Positions 10,880 to 23,558 of a stretch of 64,000 nt of DNA are shown here, in pieces (position 1 is the first letter of the stretch; every line of letters begins with the position of its first letter). Source of the stretch: Psammoneis japonica. Taxonomy: Eukaryota. The position numbers and the translations under genes are program-made. A model generated the notes under the pieces. The model saw only the letters and a list, made by a program, of their open reading frames with translations, was not told the DNA's origin and searched no databases. Location of the stretch: assembly GCA_008632985.1 (NCBI GenBank), contig QPGO01000010.1, forward strand, positions 620,001 through 684,000, in the 5' to 3' direction.

Positions 10880-12494
10880 ATGCGTGGTAAGTTAGCGGGT
10901 GTCGTTCATATTTATAATCGTACCATGGTGGTGGAATCGGCGGCGCGGCGTCGTCGTCTCGTTGCGTGACTTTGAAACTCATGCTGAATCAATCCGGGTC
11001 TTCGGATTTTTGCCGTAGAAAATGTACAGGGTTCTACGTATCGGCATTGCTGCGATTTTCTGAATTTCTGCCTTAGTTTGACGTTGTTTGACTCACTTCT
11101 TCCGTCGACTTGCTTCACCTTCTATACGTTCAGAATGTATCTCGATCCACCTCGGTCAGGCCGGTATCCAGACCGGTAACAACTGCTGGGAGCTCTACTG
11201 CTTGGAGCACGGTATCGCCCCTGATGGCCAGATGCCTTCTGACAAGACGTTGGACGGCGGCGATGACGCTTTCAACACCTTCTTCAGCGAGACGGGGAAC
11301 GGGCGTCACGTCCCCCGTGCCGTCTACGTAGATCTCGAGCCCACTGTGTGTGACGAGGTCCGCTCTGGCACTTACCGTCAGCTCTACCATCCTGAGCAGA
11401 TCATCAACGGAAAGGAGGACGCCGCCAACAACTACGCCCGTGGTCACTACACCATCGGAAAGGAGATTGTCGACTCGGTCCTCGATCGTATCCGTAAGCT
11501 TGCTGACAACTGCACCGGTCTTCAGGGTTTCCTCGTCTTCCACGCTACTGGCGGTGGTACCGGTTCCGGTCTCGGTTCGCTCCTTCTCGAGAGGCTCTCT
11601 GTGGACTATGGTCGCAAGTCCAAGCTTTCCTTCGCGGTCTCGCCCTCTCCCCAAGTCTCTACCGCTGTCGTCGAGCCTTACAACTCGGTGCTCTCCACCC
11701 ACGCGCTCTTGGAGCACACGGACTGCACCTTCTGCCTTGACAACGAGGCTCTCTACGATGTCTGCCGCACCAACTTGGGCATTGAGCGTCCTACCTACAC
11801 GAATCTCAACCGCCTCATTGCTCAGGTCATCTCCTCCCTCACCGCGTCGCTTCGTTTCGATGGTGCTCTCAACGTTGATGTCACGGAGTTCCAGACCAAC
11901 TTGGTGCCCTACCCCAGGATTCACTTTATGTTGACGTCCTACGCTCCGGTGATCTCTCAGGAGAAGGCCTTCCACGAGCAGCTCTCGGTTGCCGAGATTA
12001 CCAACTCGGTCTTTGAGCCGGCGTCCATGATGACCAAGTGCGATCCTCGTCACGGAAAGTACATGGCTTGCTGCCTCATGTATCGTGGAGACATTGTCCC
12101 CAAGGACGTCAACGCTGCTGTTGCGACCATCAAGACCAAGCGCACCATTCAGTTTGTTGATTGGTGTCCAACCGGTTTCAAGTGTGGAATCAACTATCAG
12201 CCTCCCACTACCGTTCCCGGAGGTGACTTGGCCACTGTCCGTCGTGCCGTGTGCATGGTTGCGAACACGACCGCGATCGCCGAAGCTCTCTCCAGGATTG
12301 ATCACAAGTTCGATCTCATGTACGCCAAGCGTGCCTTTGTGCACTGGTACGTGGGCGAAGGTATGGAGGAGGGTGAGTTCTCCGAAGCCCGTGAAGATCT
12401 TGCTGCCTTGGAGAAGGACTACGAAGAGGTTGGCTCTGAGACTGGCGAAGGTGCGGATGCCGGTGATGGCGAGATCTTTGATGAGGAGTACTAA
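10880..12494 (+). CDS. TUBA: Alpha-tubulin (exon 1 10880-10886, intron 10887-11133, exon 2 11134-12494)
   Basis: ATGCGTG|gtaag...cag|AATGT gives MRECISIH. GGGTGSG motif and C-terminal EEY are present. Confidence 0.98.
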
Positions 12495-12582
12495 GGTCTT
12501 TCCTGCTTCTTCAATGCAGATTAGCTGCAGCATCCTTAGGTTTGGATAATTATAGGGAATCAGTTTGATTTCAAATGCCATG

Positions 12583-13020
12583 CATGTACTCATTGTCGCA
12601 ATGCTAGTTGAACTGTAGTTAGAAGTGTTTGCGTGTTTGAATATAATTTGAGACGGACAACGAGTTCCTGTCGAAGAAGAGGCGACCTCATCTCCGTTCG
12701 TTCGTCTTACGAATGTAGTCGCTGAAGTCACACTACCGTACAAGAAGTAGCAGTCTTATGACTACCTAAGGTACTAATGTTCCGAAAGAGTCGTTGTCCT
12801 TTAGATCCTAGCTACAGCTAGTCCAATACATGTATTCATTGTCGCAAGCTAGTTGAACTGTACGGTAGTTGGAAGTGCGTGCGTGTTTGAATGAGAATTG
12901 ACACGGACGGCGAGTACGGTACCTGTCGAAGAGACGCTCCGTTCGTCTTACCGTAGGGCCCTACGCAGTCGTCCCTCTTGGCGGATGTAGAGCCTACTTC
13001 TAGCTACAGTTATTCCAATC
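12583..13020. repeat. Imperfect tandem duplication (about 245 bp) downstream of tubulin
   Basis: catgta(c/t)tcattgtcgcaa..gctagttgaactgta..gcgtgtttgaat..cctgtcgaaga..cgttcgtctta..ctagctacag occurs at about 12583 and again at about 12829. Confidence 0.8.
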
Positions 13021-13101
13021 TATCAAGTTGTCAAAGCTAGTGTGCGTACCGTAGACACTAGAAATGCTTTATTCAAGCTGGGCAAGCAGGTGAAATTGAG
13101 T

Positions 13102-14337
13102 TTATACCAACATGAGTGCCAGCAAAGATATTATCCCAAGGGCTCCGTAACTTAGAAACGATGGCGACCTTAAGCTTTGGCTTGGCATCTCGTCGATCGC
13201 AGTAAGAGTACCTCCAGGGTTTCTTTCGTCCTCGTCCAATTGGATTGCCGGGCGCTCGGTTTGTGTTTCTGCCTGACACGTTTGATTGAAGGACCCACCG
13301 CTTTTGTAGAATATATGTGTCACGTCTGCATCAGTGTTGGTATCCCAGCACAAGGCGTGGATAAAAGAGGACGAACCGCTAAACATATGGCGAAAGGAGC
13401 GAACGAGCCCAACATTCCACGATTCAATGTTGCTGTTGAAGCTTCTTGCATCGCGAAACATACTACTCATGTCCAATACAGCAAAGGTTTGCCAATCTTC
13501 CATGTCGCCATTAAAGGACGTAGCTCCGTGAAACATTGAAGACATGTTCTGGGCCCACTTTACCGTGATACCAGTGCGGCCGCCTGACACTCCTGACACT
13601 GGAACCGTCCATTGAGACACGTCCCCGTTGAAACTTGTGGCTCCTTTAAACATATGCGACAAGCTGTGGGCGTTTGTCACATCCCATGATGAGACGTTTC
13701 CGTTGAAGCTAGACGCTCCCGCAAACATGTATGAAAAGTCAAAGACATTCGAGGTGATCCACTTGTCTAGGTCACTGTTGAACGACCTGGCGCCATGAAA
13801 CATGTGGCTCATATCGGCAACGCCAGTAGTATCCCAGTTTCTCAGCGAGCTGTTGAAACTAGAAGCACCACGAAACATAGAGTTCAAATTTCGGACACTT
13901 CGCACTCTCCATTTGGAAAGGTCGGCACTGAATGTCGTCGCCCCGTGAAACATGTGGCTCGTATATCGCAATCGTCGGACATCCCAGTTTGAAATATCCG
14001 AGTTGAACGTCGCGGCACCAAAAAAGGCATAACTCATATCCAGCACTTTCTCTACGTTCCATCGAGAAAGATCTTCATCGAAATCCCAGGCATGCTCGAA
14101 CAGTCTCGACATGTTTGTGACCAACGATACGTCCCAATCGGAAATGTGACCATACTTTTCTTCCGCAGATGTTGCATTGTCAAGCCATGCTGCTGCGGCT
14201 TCGCGAAGATATTCGTCTGGGTCAGAAGTTGTGTAATGTACTAGTTTGTCTTTCAACGCTCCTTCCACTTGCATGTTTCTATTGCATAGTAGGTTGAGGA
14301 AGACAGTGGCCAAGGTCAGAATTACACGAGATCTCAT
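13102..14337 (-). CDS. DUF285 (BspA-like) repeat surface protein, probably GPI/TM-anchored
   Basis: About 25-aa repeats WDVSxVTxMSxMFxGAxSFNxD, a signal peptide from MRSRVIL (ATG at 14337) and a hydrophobic C-terminus. Confidence 0.9.
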   Translation of the reverse strand: MRSRVILTLATVFLNLLCNRNMQVEGALKDKLVHYTTSDPDEYLREAAAAWLDNATSAEEKYGHISDWDVSLVTNMSRLFEHAWDFDEDLSRWNVEKVLDMSYAFFGAATFNSDISNWDVRRLRYTSHMFHGATTFSADLSKWRVRSVRNLNSMFRGASSFNSSLRNWDTTGVADMSHMFHGARSFNSDLDKWITSNVFDFSYMFAGASSFNGNVSSWDVTNAHSLSHMFKGATSFNGDVSQWTVPVSGVSGGRTGITVKWAQNMSSMFHGATSFNGDMEDWQTFAVLDMSSMFRDARSFNSNIESWNVGLVRSFRHMFSGSSSFIHALCWDTNTDADVTHIFYKSGGSFNQTCQAETQTERPAIQLDEDERNPGGTLTAIDEMPSQSLRSPSFLSYGALGIISLLALMLV

Positions 14338-14877
14338 CTTTCTAGTTTCTCTGAATATGAGAACTGTCATTGTGAAGCTTACCTCGACAGAAAATGATAG
14401 ACTAGCCATTTACATATCGATTCCGTCATTATTTGTAGCGTTTCTGGTATCTTTTCTGAACTGATCAGAGGTTGCAGGTTTGTTTGTCGAAGAATGTGAC
14501 GGCATTGGACATGGACCGAGACAGCAATTTTTTTCGAACTCGCACCCTGCGCGCGCGCGCACAAGAGTGAAACGACGTCTGGCTGACGGTACGGCAGGAT
14601 AGCATCCATCACGCATCACCCTCAAGAAGTAGTAAACCAAAACTGCATGTCCTGATATGCTGGTGTTCCAATCGACCCCTACCGGTCACTATCTTGTGAT
14701 TGCATACCATGGCAAAAGCCAATGGCAAGACATCCATCGAGAATGACGAGCACCAACCGCAACGCTAACCTGAAGGCACAACGGGAAATGGATGTGGCGA
14801 AGCAAACCGGCAATGCACGAGATTGAATGTACTGGCGGATTTGCCTCGTTTTGAAATCACCAAAAAGCACCTCCTGC

Positions 14878-15375
14878 CTACACTTGCTTGTGATAACATT
14901 GTCCAGTTCCCAATCGAAGAACGGATTCTGCGCCTACGGACATTTTGCACAACAATAGCTCGTGAAAATTGGCAAGCGCTCTTTTCGTAAACGCAATGTC
15001 AGGCGAGGTCCACAATGCAAACATTTACTCGGGCTTACCTCCAAACGACTTGAGAAGTCCCGGGGGCAAAAATCCACCTTCACACGCGCATCTCCAATTG
15101 TCATTGTTGTTTTGTTGCGCCCGGCTTATAGCATCGTCATGGCCCTTATCAAGCTCATCACCTTCATTTGCGTTGTCAAGTTTCTTTTCTCTTGCCATAG
15201 ATTTTATCTGATTTTCTTCGCTCAGAGTAGTGGGGCTTTTATTAGATTGCCTACCGGTCGATAGCGATGAAACAACATGCCGTCTTGTCCTGGCAACCGC
15301 GACGGATAAAACGAGAAAGACAAGTGCGAAAACTCCCGCCACAGCCACAAATGCCACATCAAAGTTTCTGAGCAT
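14878..15375 (-). CDS. Small single-pass membrane protein (intron 14934-15038)
   Basis: N-terminal TM helix. WRCACEGGFLPPGLLKSFG splices (gtaag...tag) to GAESVLRLGTGQCYHKQV*. Confidence 0.75.
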
Positions 15376-15799
15376 GCTTCTCTTTGACGTGCCTGAGCTT
15401 GATGCTTTTTAATTTATTTATCCTCCTGAATTCTTTTCGTCGTCAGTCCGCAACACAAACTACCTCGTACCAACTCTCCAGCTGCTAACTACTTCTGCGG
15501 CTGCGGCTGCGGAAGAAGTCTAATTCCTTGATTTTCGTTAAAGAAGAAAGTAAATAGCAACACGCAACACCGTCAATAGAATGTCCAGTGGATATGAAAT
15601 AAAGCTTAGGTAGCCCTGCGGTCTGCGGTGACTGCCGTGCGGTGATGGCGGTCCATTGCCGAGCGGGGGCACATCGCGTTGTTTTAGTGGCAAATGCGGT
15701 AGCCACGAGCTCGAATTTATTGGTCGCAGCCGACAACAAACAAGAGCTCAAGGTTACCGGTAGAAGTTAGAAGTATTTGTATTATTATTTGCGTTAACC

Positions 15800-16503
15800 A
15801 TGGGAAATTGCCTTTCTCAAGCCGCCAACGTGGTGCAAGAAGTATCTGCATCACTTGCGGAGCAGCAGCAGCAAGGAGCGGGCGAACAGCAACCAATTTC
15901 TTCCGGTGGACTGTCACCAGTTTATGATGAGTTGCCCAGTGGGGCCGAAAAACATTCTGTAAGGAATGTTTATGATGGTGATACTCTAACATTGTCGGAT
16001 GCAGGCGAACAGCGTGTTCGATTTCTTGGAATAGATACTCCTGAAATTAAAGAAAATCAACCATTCGCTCAAGAAGCAAAGGCGTATACGAAGAACTTGT
16101 GTCATCATAAAGACATCTGGCTTACTTTTGAGTCAGGCGGAGATAAGAAGGATCATTATGGACGTCTTCTCGCATTTGTATGGGTACCGCAGGGGGACAA
16201 ATGGCTTTGTGTAAACGAAGGTATTGTAGCAGCTGGATTAGCCACTGTGTACATTCCCAATCAAAATTCCAGACTTCACAACATTGACAAATTCATATCA
16301 CTACAAAAGCAAGCACGAGCTCAAGGACGGGGGATGTGGGCGTCCTTTAATGATTACGAAGTCGTAAGACGGCAAACGGGGCAGCATATCATAAGCGTTC
16401 TTGTAAACATATTGGGAGTATCAGAAATTTAAAAGAGTTGAAAGCATCGGAGGCGATGGACATGGGCCTGCACCCATGTCGCACCTGTCTCGCCGACGCG
16501 TAG
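15800..16503 (+). CDS. Staphylococcal-nuclease (SNase) family protein with an MGNC acylation motif and an Ada-like metal-binding C-terminus; frameshift near 16367
   Basis: Motifs VYDGDT, VRFLGIDTPE, DHYGRLLA, NEGIVAAGLA and AR..RGMW. The shifted frame continues KTANGAAYHKRSC...EAMDMGLHPCRTC to TAG at 16501-16503. Confidence 0.85.
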
Positions 16504-16542
16504 CAAGCTATCCCAGTCCTAAAGTTAAAAGTAAGGTACCTT

Positions 16543-19500
16543 CTAACCTAGCTGAGACGTCACCATCGAACCTTTGTCATCAATTGGTGAAGCGGGAGTA
16601 CGAGTCGAGTACATTTCACTGGTCGACACGGGAAAGGACATACTTATGATTTCACCATTTTCATCACAAGTGATACCACTCCATTCACATGCCGATTTAT
16701 ACTGTTCAGGATTTTTCCACCCCTCTTGATGCTCCGCAGGCCAGTCTTCACCATGCATTACTTGATAAAATATGCTTAGAATATCCTCCTCCGACAACTC
16801 GAGGCAAGAATCACTGCCCAGGTACATTGTAGTTTCACCCGGTGGACAAGGCGAACACGCGACAGTGTCAGACGCAAACCCCGCGTCTGAGTAGGTTCCA
16901 AGAGGACACAAAATGGCATCACAACCAAACTCCTTGGTATGACCACCGTTTATTCGTGGATTGGAACACAGTGACGGTGGTATTGGATCGTACAGCCTAT
17001 TCCCACCTAATCGGAGGTCAGCAATCTGCGACGATTCAAACGGAGGGACCACACCATCCAGAAGATTAGATGAAGCATCAAACCACGACAGATGCGGTAA
17101 GGCCCCTATGCTTGCAGGAATTGTGCCGTCAGCGAATTCCGCTTCAAATGTAGTATCTGAATCTGCGTGTTAGATCCAAATGACGCTGGGATGGTCCCAC
17201 GAAACTTATTGTTAAAGAGATCTGCAGTAGCACAAGAGGACTAATTAGCACCCAACGTAAGAGCGCTAGACAAGCTTTCGATTATCCTGAGGGAAGACTT
17301 ACCGGCTCGTCTCAACTTCTGGCAGTTCCCGATCGTGTCAGGTAGCTGGCCAGTGAATACTAGAAGTGCATGATTCCAAGCATTACATATTTAGAAATAG
17401 TTGGCGGACATCACACGGAAAGAGACAAAAACGACCTGAGACTCACCGTTACTGTATAGTTCCAAGTTTTCGAGAAGTGATAGCTGCCCAATCTCTGAAG
17501 GAATTGACCCGCGGATTAGAGACCGAGATAGCATCAACTCTCGCAAATTTCTTAAACCCGAAATAATAGTGGGCAGTGTTCCACCGATACGAGTTTGGCT
17601 GAGGTTTAGTTTTTCCAATAATGACAATGAAAATACTTCGTCTGGAATTTTTCCAGTCAAGTTTGTACCATAAAGATGCATTACCCGAAGATTGGTCAAA
17701 GATCCAACTTCAGAGGGAATTGCACTTGATAATTTTGGGCAATTTGACAAATCAAGCAATCTCAAGGATTTGAGAAGACCGAACTCAGACGGAATAGATC
17801 CAGTTAGCTCCTTCTGGTTACTGATAACAACAGCTTCAAGAGAGGACAGCAAGCTTAACTCTGGCGGCAGTCCTAAACACTCCTTTTCGGCGCATTCGGT
17901 GGAACGCACCGAAGATGCCAGTTCGATCTTTGTAACCTCGCCGTTAGCGCAGGTAATACCGGGGAGACTGCATTCATTGACATTCATGTTTTTCCAGACT
18001 TTGAGCTCGCCGCTATCCCACCCTAAACAGGTGTTGATGTAGAGCATTCGCAGCGCCTCTCTTGGCGACACTGCACCGTCAGCATTCATGTCACCCCTCA
18101 TCCACGAAACCCCTTCACAGGATGTGCGGCCAAGCAGAAGAGAAGACGACACCTCGCCTCCCTCTACAACTTCGTTGGTTACCGAAAGGCATGGCTGACA
18201 AACTCCCGACATACTTGCAGCACCTTCGGGGTGAAAAGTTCCTGGTGGGCATAAAACTGCGTCACAGCCAAATTCCTCGATGAGAACCCCATTGTGATAT
18301 GAAGTGTCACAAAGGGAACTAGGGACGGTTCCTATCAACCTAAAACCAAAACAACAACAACGAAAGCACCAAAGTCAGCATTCTCGAGAAGGATCAGTGA
18401 TACAGACATGGAACATTCACAAACACGTACAAGTTGGCCGTGAGATTAATGTCAACCAATTCTTCGGCGAGGTTTTTGATTTCTTCTGGAATTGTGCCGG
18501 AGAGTTTGTTGGAAGGAGCTGATATTCTCTCCAAGAGAGAAGCATAGCCAAGCTCTACAGGGAGGGTGCCAGTAAATTGGTTGAACCCAATGTCAAGGCT
18601 TTGGTACCAGCGGAAACGAAAACCAAAAGAATGAGGATATTGACATTGAGCAGCACCCTCATACCGACCAGCACAACTCACCCGGTAAGCGACAGACCCA
18701 ATCCAATAAACATATCTGGCGGGAGCTTCCCGCTGAATTGGTTTCGATCCAACGCGAGGGTTCCAAGATTTGACAGCTTTGTCCAGCCACGCACAGAGAC
18801 ATCCTTCGTGTCGTCTTGTGGATCACTAGGAATGGCACCACTGAAGCGGTTCTGGCTCAAAATCAGGGATTCCAAATTGGTCAACCGCCACAGCTCTGTT
18901 GGCAAAGTTCCTTCCAATTTTTGAGATACAAGAGTGATGTCTGTCAGTGACTTCATAAGAAAAAACTCGGTCGGCAGGGTGCCTGTCAGCTGGTTGAATC
19001 CAAAATCAATGACCTTTAGGTTAGTCAAAAGTCCGAGTTCAGTAGGTAGTGTGCCCGTAATTCGGTTTTCTTCCAAAAAGAGCGATTCAAGTTGACTTAA
19101 CAATCCGATCTGAGTGGGTAACGGTCCTCCGACAGAGTTCTCACTAATATCGAAAAACTCGAGTCTTGTCAGCTTTGTCAAATGTAATGGAAGGGACGTT
19201 GCGGAAAAGTTGTTACGCTCACACCAAAATTCCTCAAGCGTTCTATTCAACAAGGCAATCTCTGTCGGGAACGTACCCTTCGAACAACAATACAGATAGT
19301 TTCAGGTCGTTAGAAATAGCAACGGTGGCATGAAAAAGAAATCAAAACATTCGCTGTTTTCGCACCGTCAAACGATTGACACCAATATCCATAAAGGCGA
19401 GACTCTTCATCAGCCCGAATGTAGAAGGAATGGTTCCACGAAGATGGTTGTCATTCAAGTTCAGTCGATACAAGTACTTCAAGTGATAGAGCTCCGAAGG

Positions 19501-20193
19501 CAGTGTTCCCTGGAATTGAAGGTCTGTGAAATCCAGCTTAGACACGCGATCTGACGGAGGGATTTGTAACTCCTGCGTATCAATGCTCTCAAAGGCTTCG
19601 TCACCCTTGATTTCGTGCATCATGTTGCAAGCGTGCGAGTTCGTTTTGATTTCTTGTGCACATCCTGTACCGCATCCACATGTGACGCCGTCCCATTTGC
19701 AAATCGAAACGTCGTCCTTCAACCAATTGCCAGCAGTCAGCATCTGTTTTTGTACCTGCGGTAGCTCATCATGATCGGTTGGCTCATGATCGGTGCCATA
19801 CACAACAGCATAATAGAATAGCTCTAGCACAACACGTTCTGACCACCCATCGCCATCCTTCACATAACGTTGATAGTCCATCTCTTTCGCGAGTCGCTCC
19901 TGTGACAAATGTTCAAAGTACCTCGGCACGTTCGCGACGACATTGTAGTTCTCTTCTATGTCCAAGTATTCCACCTGTATCCTCGGCTCAGAAAGTTCAT
20001 TGCCATCCTCATCGTGTTCAATTCGTACAACCTTTACATCCTTGACTCTGGGTGGAAGCGAGTCAAGTGCTACCGCTCGCTTCTCCTCGTCGTCTTCTCC
20101 CTGTTGATGAGAGAGCTGATTCCCATACTGTTTTTGATCTTGCTGACTAGATACAACCCAAATCAACAAGAGCAACTTCAAGACAAACCGCAT
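16543..20193 (-). CDS. Multi-exon leucine-rich-repeat (plant-type LRR) secreted/receptor-like protein
   Basis: Repeated LxxNxLxGxxPxExxxL units, CxWxGxTC caps, Cys-rich GCDAxLCPxGT modules and the signal peptide MRFVLKLLLL. Several GT-AG introns and a -1 frameshift near 17126. Confidence 0.85.
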
Positions 20194-20807
20194 CGTAAGA
20201 TAGCGCTTTGTTGGAGCGGCGGTCGATGCAATCATCGTGTTGTCGGTCGGCTTGGAGCGAAGTTGGGAGGAGCAGTCCTCAGTCCGCGAGCGTCTCAATT
20301 CGTTGCCGCGCAAGGATCGTGCATGCGACGGGCGGAGGAACACCCGACCGCTGTTTCGAAATTTTAGATTTGCTCATGTCTACTCTCTACCGGTACTCTA
20401 GAGGCCCTCTGGTAGGCATACGTTAGGGTAGGGCCCTAGTAACAAGTCCCAGCAGTGCTACCAAGGACGTATCTGTCATTTTCGAATCACAAGGCGCATG
20501 TCGAGAGCGAAAAAAAAAAACACTCCGGATGATCGTGCGCTGAAGAAAGTTAACGCCTTGCATGCCGGCAGTTAGGGTTAGGCTGACTGTTCGACGGTGC
20601 TGATAGCCTAAGATTTACACTTTCGATACCTGATTATCACAATGCGAAAAGTTGCTCATAAGTAGATTCATTAACGCTACTTGTATGTAAGACAGAGCCA
20701 TTCTTGTAGCAAGCTCAATTTCTCCAATGGTAGTCTAGCGCATACACCATCCCTTTGACCCAGCTTGACGGAGAAAATCTGAGTATCGCTACTATGACTT
20801 GTTGCAT

Positions 20808-22127
20808 TTATGGCACATGCCCCGAAATGTGTCTTGAAAGTGTTTGAAGCCATTGTGGCTCTTCCAGGGTCGCCACAGTTTCTTTTCTAGTGTCTGGATG
20901 GGGAAATGAGATTTCCATTGCCCAAAGGCACATGTAAGCGTACGGATCCTTCTGAACCAGTTCTTCCTTGCTAACGTTGCCTTTTCTGTCCTGAAAATCA
21001 AATTCTTGTCGGTTATTCTTCTGCATAGGTGGCCCATACCGCATATCGCCCCAAATGGGATGCCCAAGAAACTTCATGTGCTTTCGCAACTGGTGTTTCC
21101 GCCCTGTAACGGGAAAAAGATCGACAATCGTTGCGTTTCCCAATAGACTAGCAGACTCAATGCATTGTACGACGCGGTACTTCGTCGTGGCTTCCTTTCC
21201 GGAAATGGGTTGGTCAATAATGCCTTCGCGTGGTTGAAGTTTCCCAAACACAAGAGCACGGTATCGCTTACGACAGGACTTTTTTGCAAAACACTCTTTC
21301 AAAAAGACCTCAGCCTTTTTGGTTTTGGCCACAACCAAAAGCCCACCCGTAGCAGCATCCAACCGATGGACTGCGATTGGCTTCCGCAATCCACAAGGCG
21401 AGGCAAAGGCCAGAAATAGGTCGGATCGAGCCAGCGTTTGCTTGTCACCCATTACGGGTATTCCTTGAGGCTTGTTGACAACAGCCAACGCGTCGTCCTG
21501 ATATATGACTTGCAAGGGAGTTTTCAACAAGGATTCAATCGCAGATGGGTTGGAGCCTTGCAGGTCATCAGATTCCCCATGGGTATCCTTGCGATGAAGT
21601 TGAATAGATTGTACGGATTCATAGCGGCGTTTGCACAAGACGCACATTAGAGGCTTTTGGGGGGTTTTGGGAGCATCGGCCGTGTCAAGCTGGATAGGGT
21701 GCTGAAGTACCAGTCGCCAACGAAAACTTGCACAGCAACATGGCTCCTCGACACCATTGCTAGGTTGCGTTGTTCTCACCACAGAGACAGCGGTATCCTT
21801 CTCAAAGAACAAAAGCTTTCCTATATCGACACAAATGATTGCGATAGACATAACATCAACAAAAGGCAGATTCAACGAAGTTGAACTGCGCTCCTCGTTA
21901 TCTGGAGTCTGAATCTTCACCGCAAAGCTACAGCGATTGGAACATTTTTTTGTTCTTGTATCCGGCCGCGCCGTCACCTTGCCAAAGCAAATACCATACC
22001 AGCCACGAAACGGTACAATAATAGCAGGATTCTCTTGCGCTCTATTGTTTTCACTCTCCTTTTGCTCATCCTCGTGGGCGTGCTCTTCAGTAACAGGTGA
22101 AAGCAAATCGGTGCTCCAACTCTTCAT
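20808..22127 (-). CDS. RluA-family pseudouridine synthase with a C2H2-like zinc finger
   Basis: Motifs VVNKPQG, VHRLDAATGGL, TGRKHQLR and GHPIWGD. A CVLC...H...H finger lies upstream. The 5' end is uncertain. Confidence 0.9.
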   Translation of the reverse strand: MKSWSTDLLSPVTEEHAHEDEQKESENNRAQENPAIIVPFRGWYGICFGKVTARPDTRTKKCSNRCSFAVKIQTPDNEERSSTSLNLPFVDVMSIAIICVDIGKLLFFEKDTAVSVVRTTQPSNGVEEPCCCASFRWRLVLQHPIQLDTADAPKTPQKPLMCVLCKRRYESVQSIQLHRKDTHGESDDLQGSNPSAIESLLKTPLQVIYQDDALAVVNKPQGIPVMGDKQTLARSDLFLAFASPCGLRKPIAVHRLDAATGGLLVVAKTKKAEVFLKECFAKKSCRKRYRALVFGKLQPREGIIDQPISGKEATTKYRVVQCIESASLLGNATIVDLFPVTGRKHQLRKHMKFLGHPIWGDMRYGPPMQKNNRQEFDFQDRKGNVSKEELVQKDPYAYMCLWAMEISFPHPDTRKETVATLEEPQWLQTLSRHISGHVP

Positions 22128-22586
22128 CGCAGAAACTTACGAAGCGCTCACACGCAAATCCAATGACCAGGGCAAGCCCACGCGCCGGTAAAGATGATAA
22201 CGATCAAAACAAGAACTATAATCAAGGCAATGCACCGCGTCGATACAGCACAGCCACATTCACCGCATGTTACAGACGGCATTGTCAACGCCACAAAACC
22301 AGCATGTTTTGGCGACCGACTGCTGCTCAAAGAAAGTCGCAGGAAAGAAGAGGTCTGTTTTCCTTGAGCTCGAACCTCGCATGATAATTTTTTCGTACTC
22401 TTTCTACATACATGATATTCACGTAGACTTGTAGTATGAATTAACGGTATGTAGTCGATCGGTGGCTGAGTGATGACGTAGGTTCTCGTACACTTTTTAC
22501 GTGAAATCTGCGTGGGTGCGTCGGGATTCGCGTTCGTTGCCCACTGCCACTGGGACCGTCATCGCACCGCCGCAACAACAAGCAGG

Positions 22587-23558
22587 ATGTTGTCTACAAC
22601 CGTTCGAACGTAAGTATTAGATACACGAGATACCATGAGGGTCGTATTCGTTGTGTTTATATGAGCGCAAAGCTTGTTGCTTGGAGGTCATGGGAACGCT
22701 TGGCGATCGAAGACCGGCATGTTGGGGTCTATCCGTCTGTCCAATCATGTAGGTTTCTACGTGATTGATACTGCGGTCGGATCGCGATGAGCATGTTCAA
22801 TGTTGCTTTGGCCTTCCTCGGACGACGCGATGATCTGCAGTGAATACCATGGCATTCGAGCTTTCTTACACGATCACACGGGGCATTTCTTGTGCTATGC
22901 GGTGTCGTATCTGACGAATTGCCGGTAGATTGTGTTGTTGTTGTCTTCGTTCTGTTGTTTCTGGTTTGCTCTGTGCTTTTCTGATGAATCCAGCCTCACA
23001 TTATTGATTTATTTGTGCTGTTTGCTACTTTGTGATATCCCTCTTCTACTCGACCTTACTTGATAATACAGAGCCGCTCGGGTTGCCCGCCGGCATGGAG
23101 TTTCTGAAGCGTCTCTTCTGGCACCAACGTCTCGAGCCATGTCGAACCTCCCTTTTGGTTTGGGAAAGATCCTTGGCGAACCGGACGAATTGATCCCGAC
23201 GGACAAGGACCGCAAGTCCAAGAAGGGCCACATGCCCGAATTCGCAACTCCTGAAGTGAAGAAGGACATGGAAGAATTGGGATTGGACGGTATTGAAGAT
23301 CTTGATGAGATGGAGGAGAAGAACATGGAGGGATACAACGATTTGGGATTGGTGCCCCCTGAAGGCGCTGGCTCGTTTGCGTCTCCCATTTTGATTCCTT
23401 CACGATATGATACGCGTCAAGTGGGATACTGTGATCCCGAAACCCACGCTATGTACTGGTTCAACATCCATAACGACAACAACACCTACTACATCAAGGA
23501 TCTTGGTTTATTCTTCAAGATGCTTCACATTCCTGATGAGGAGGCCCATGCTCATTAA
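22587..23558 (+). CDS. COX5B: Cytochrome c oxidase subunit 5b-like mitochondrial protein (intron 22610-23071)
   Basis: Splicing gives the Arg-rich transit peptide MLSTTVRTAARVARR. The core GSFASPILIPS..TRQVG..MYWF..GLFFKM resembles COX5B. Confidence 0.65.

Noticed and set aside
11130..12743. 537-aa antisense ORF over alpha-tubulin
   Set aside because: This is a shadow of strong codon bias in a highly expressed gene and has no protein-like features.
20420..20585. Interstitial telomere
   Set aside because: Only one to two TTAGGG units at a time, too short to call.
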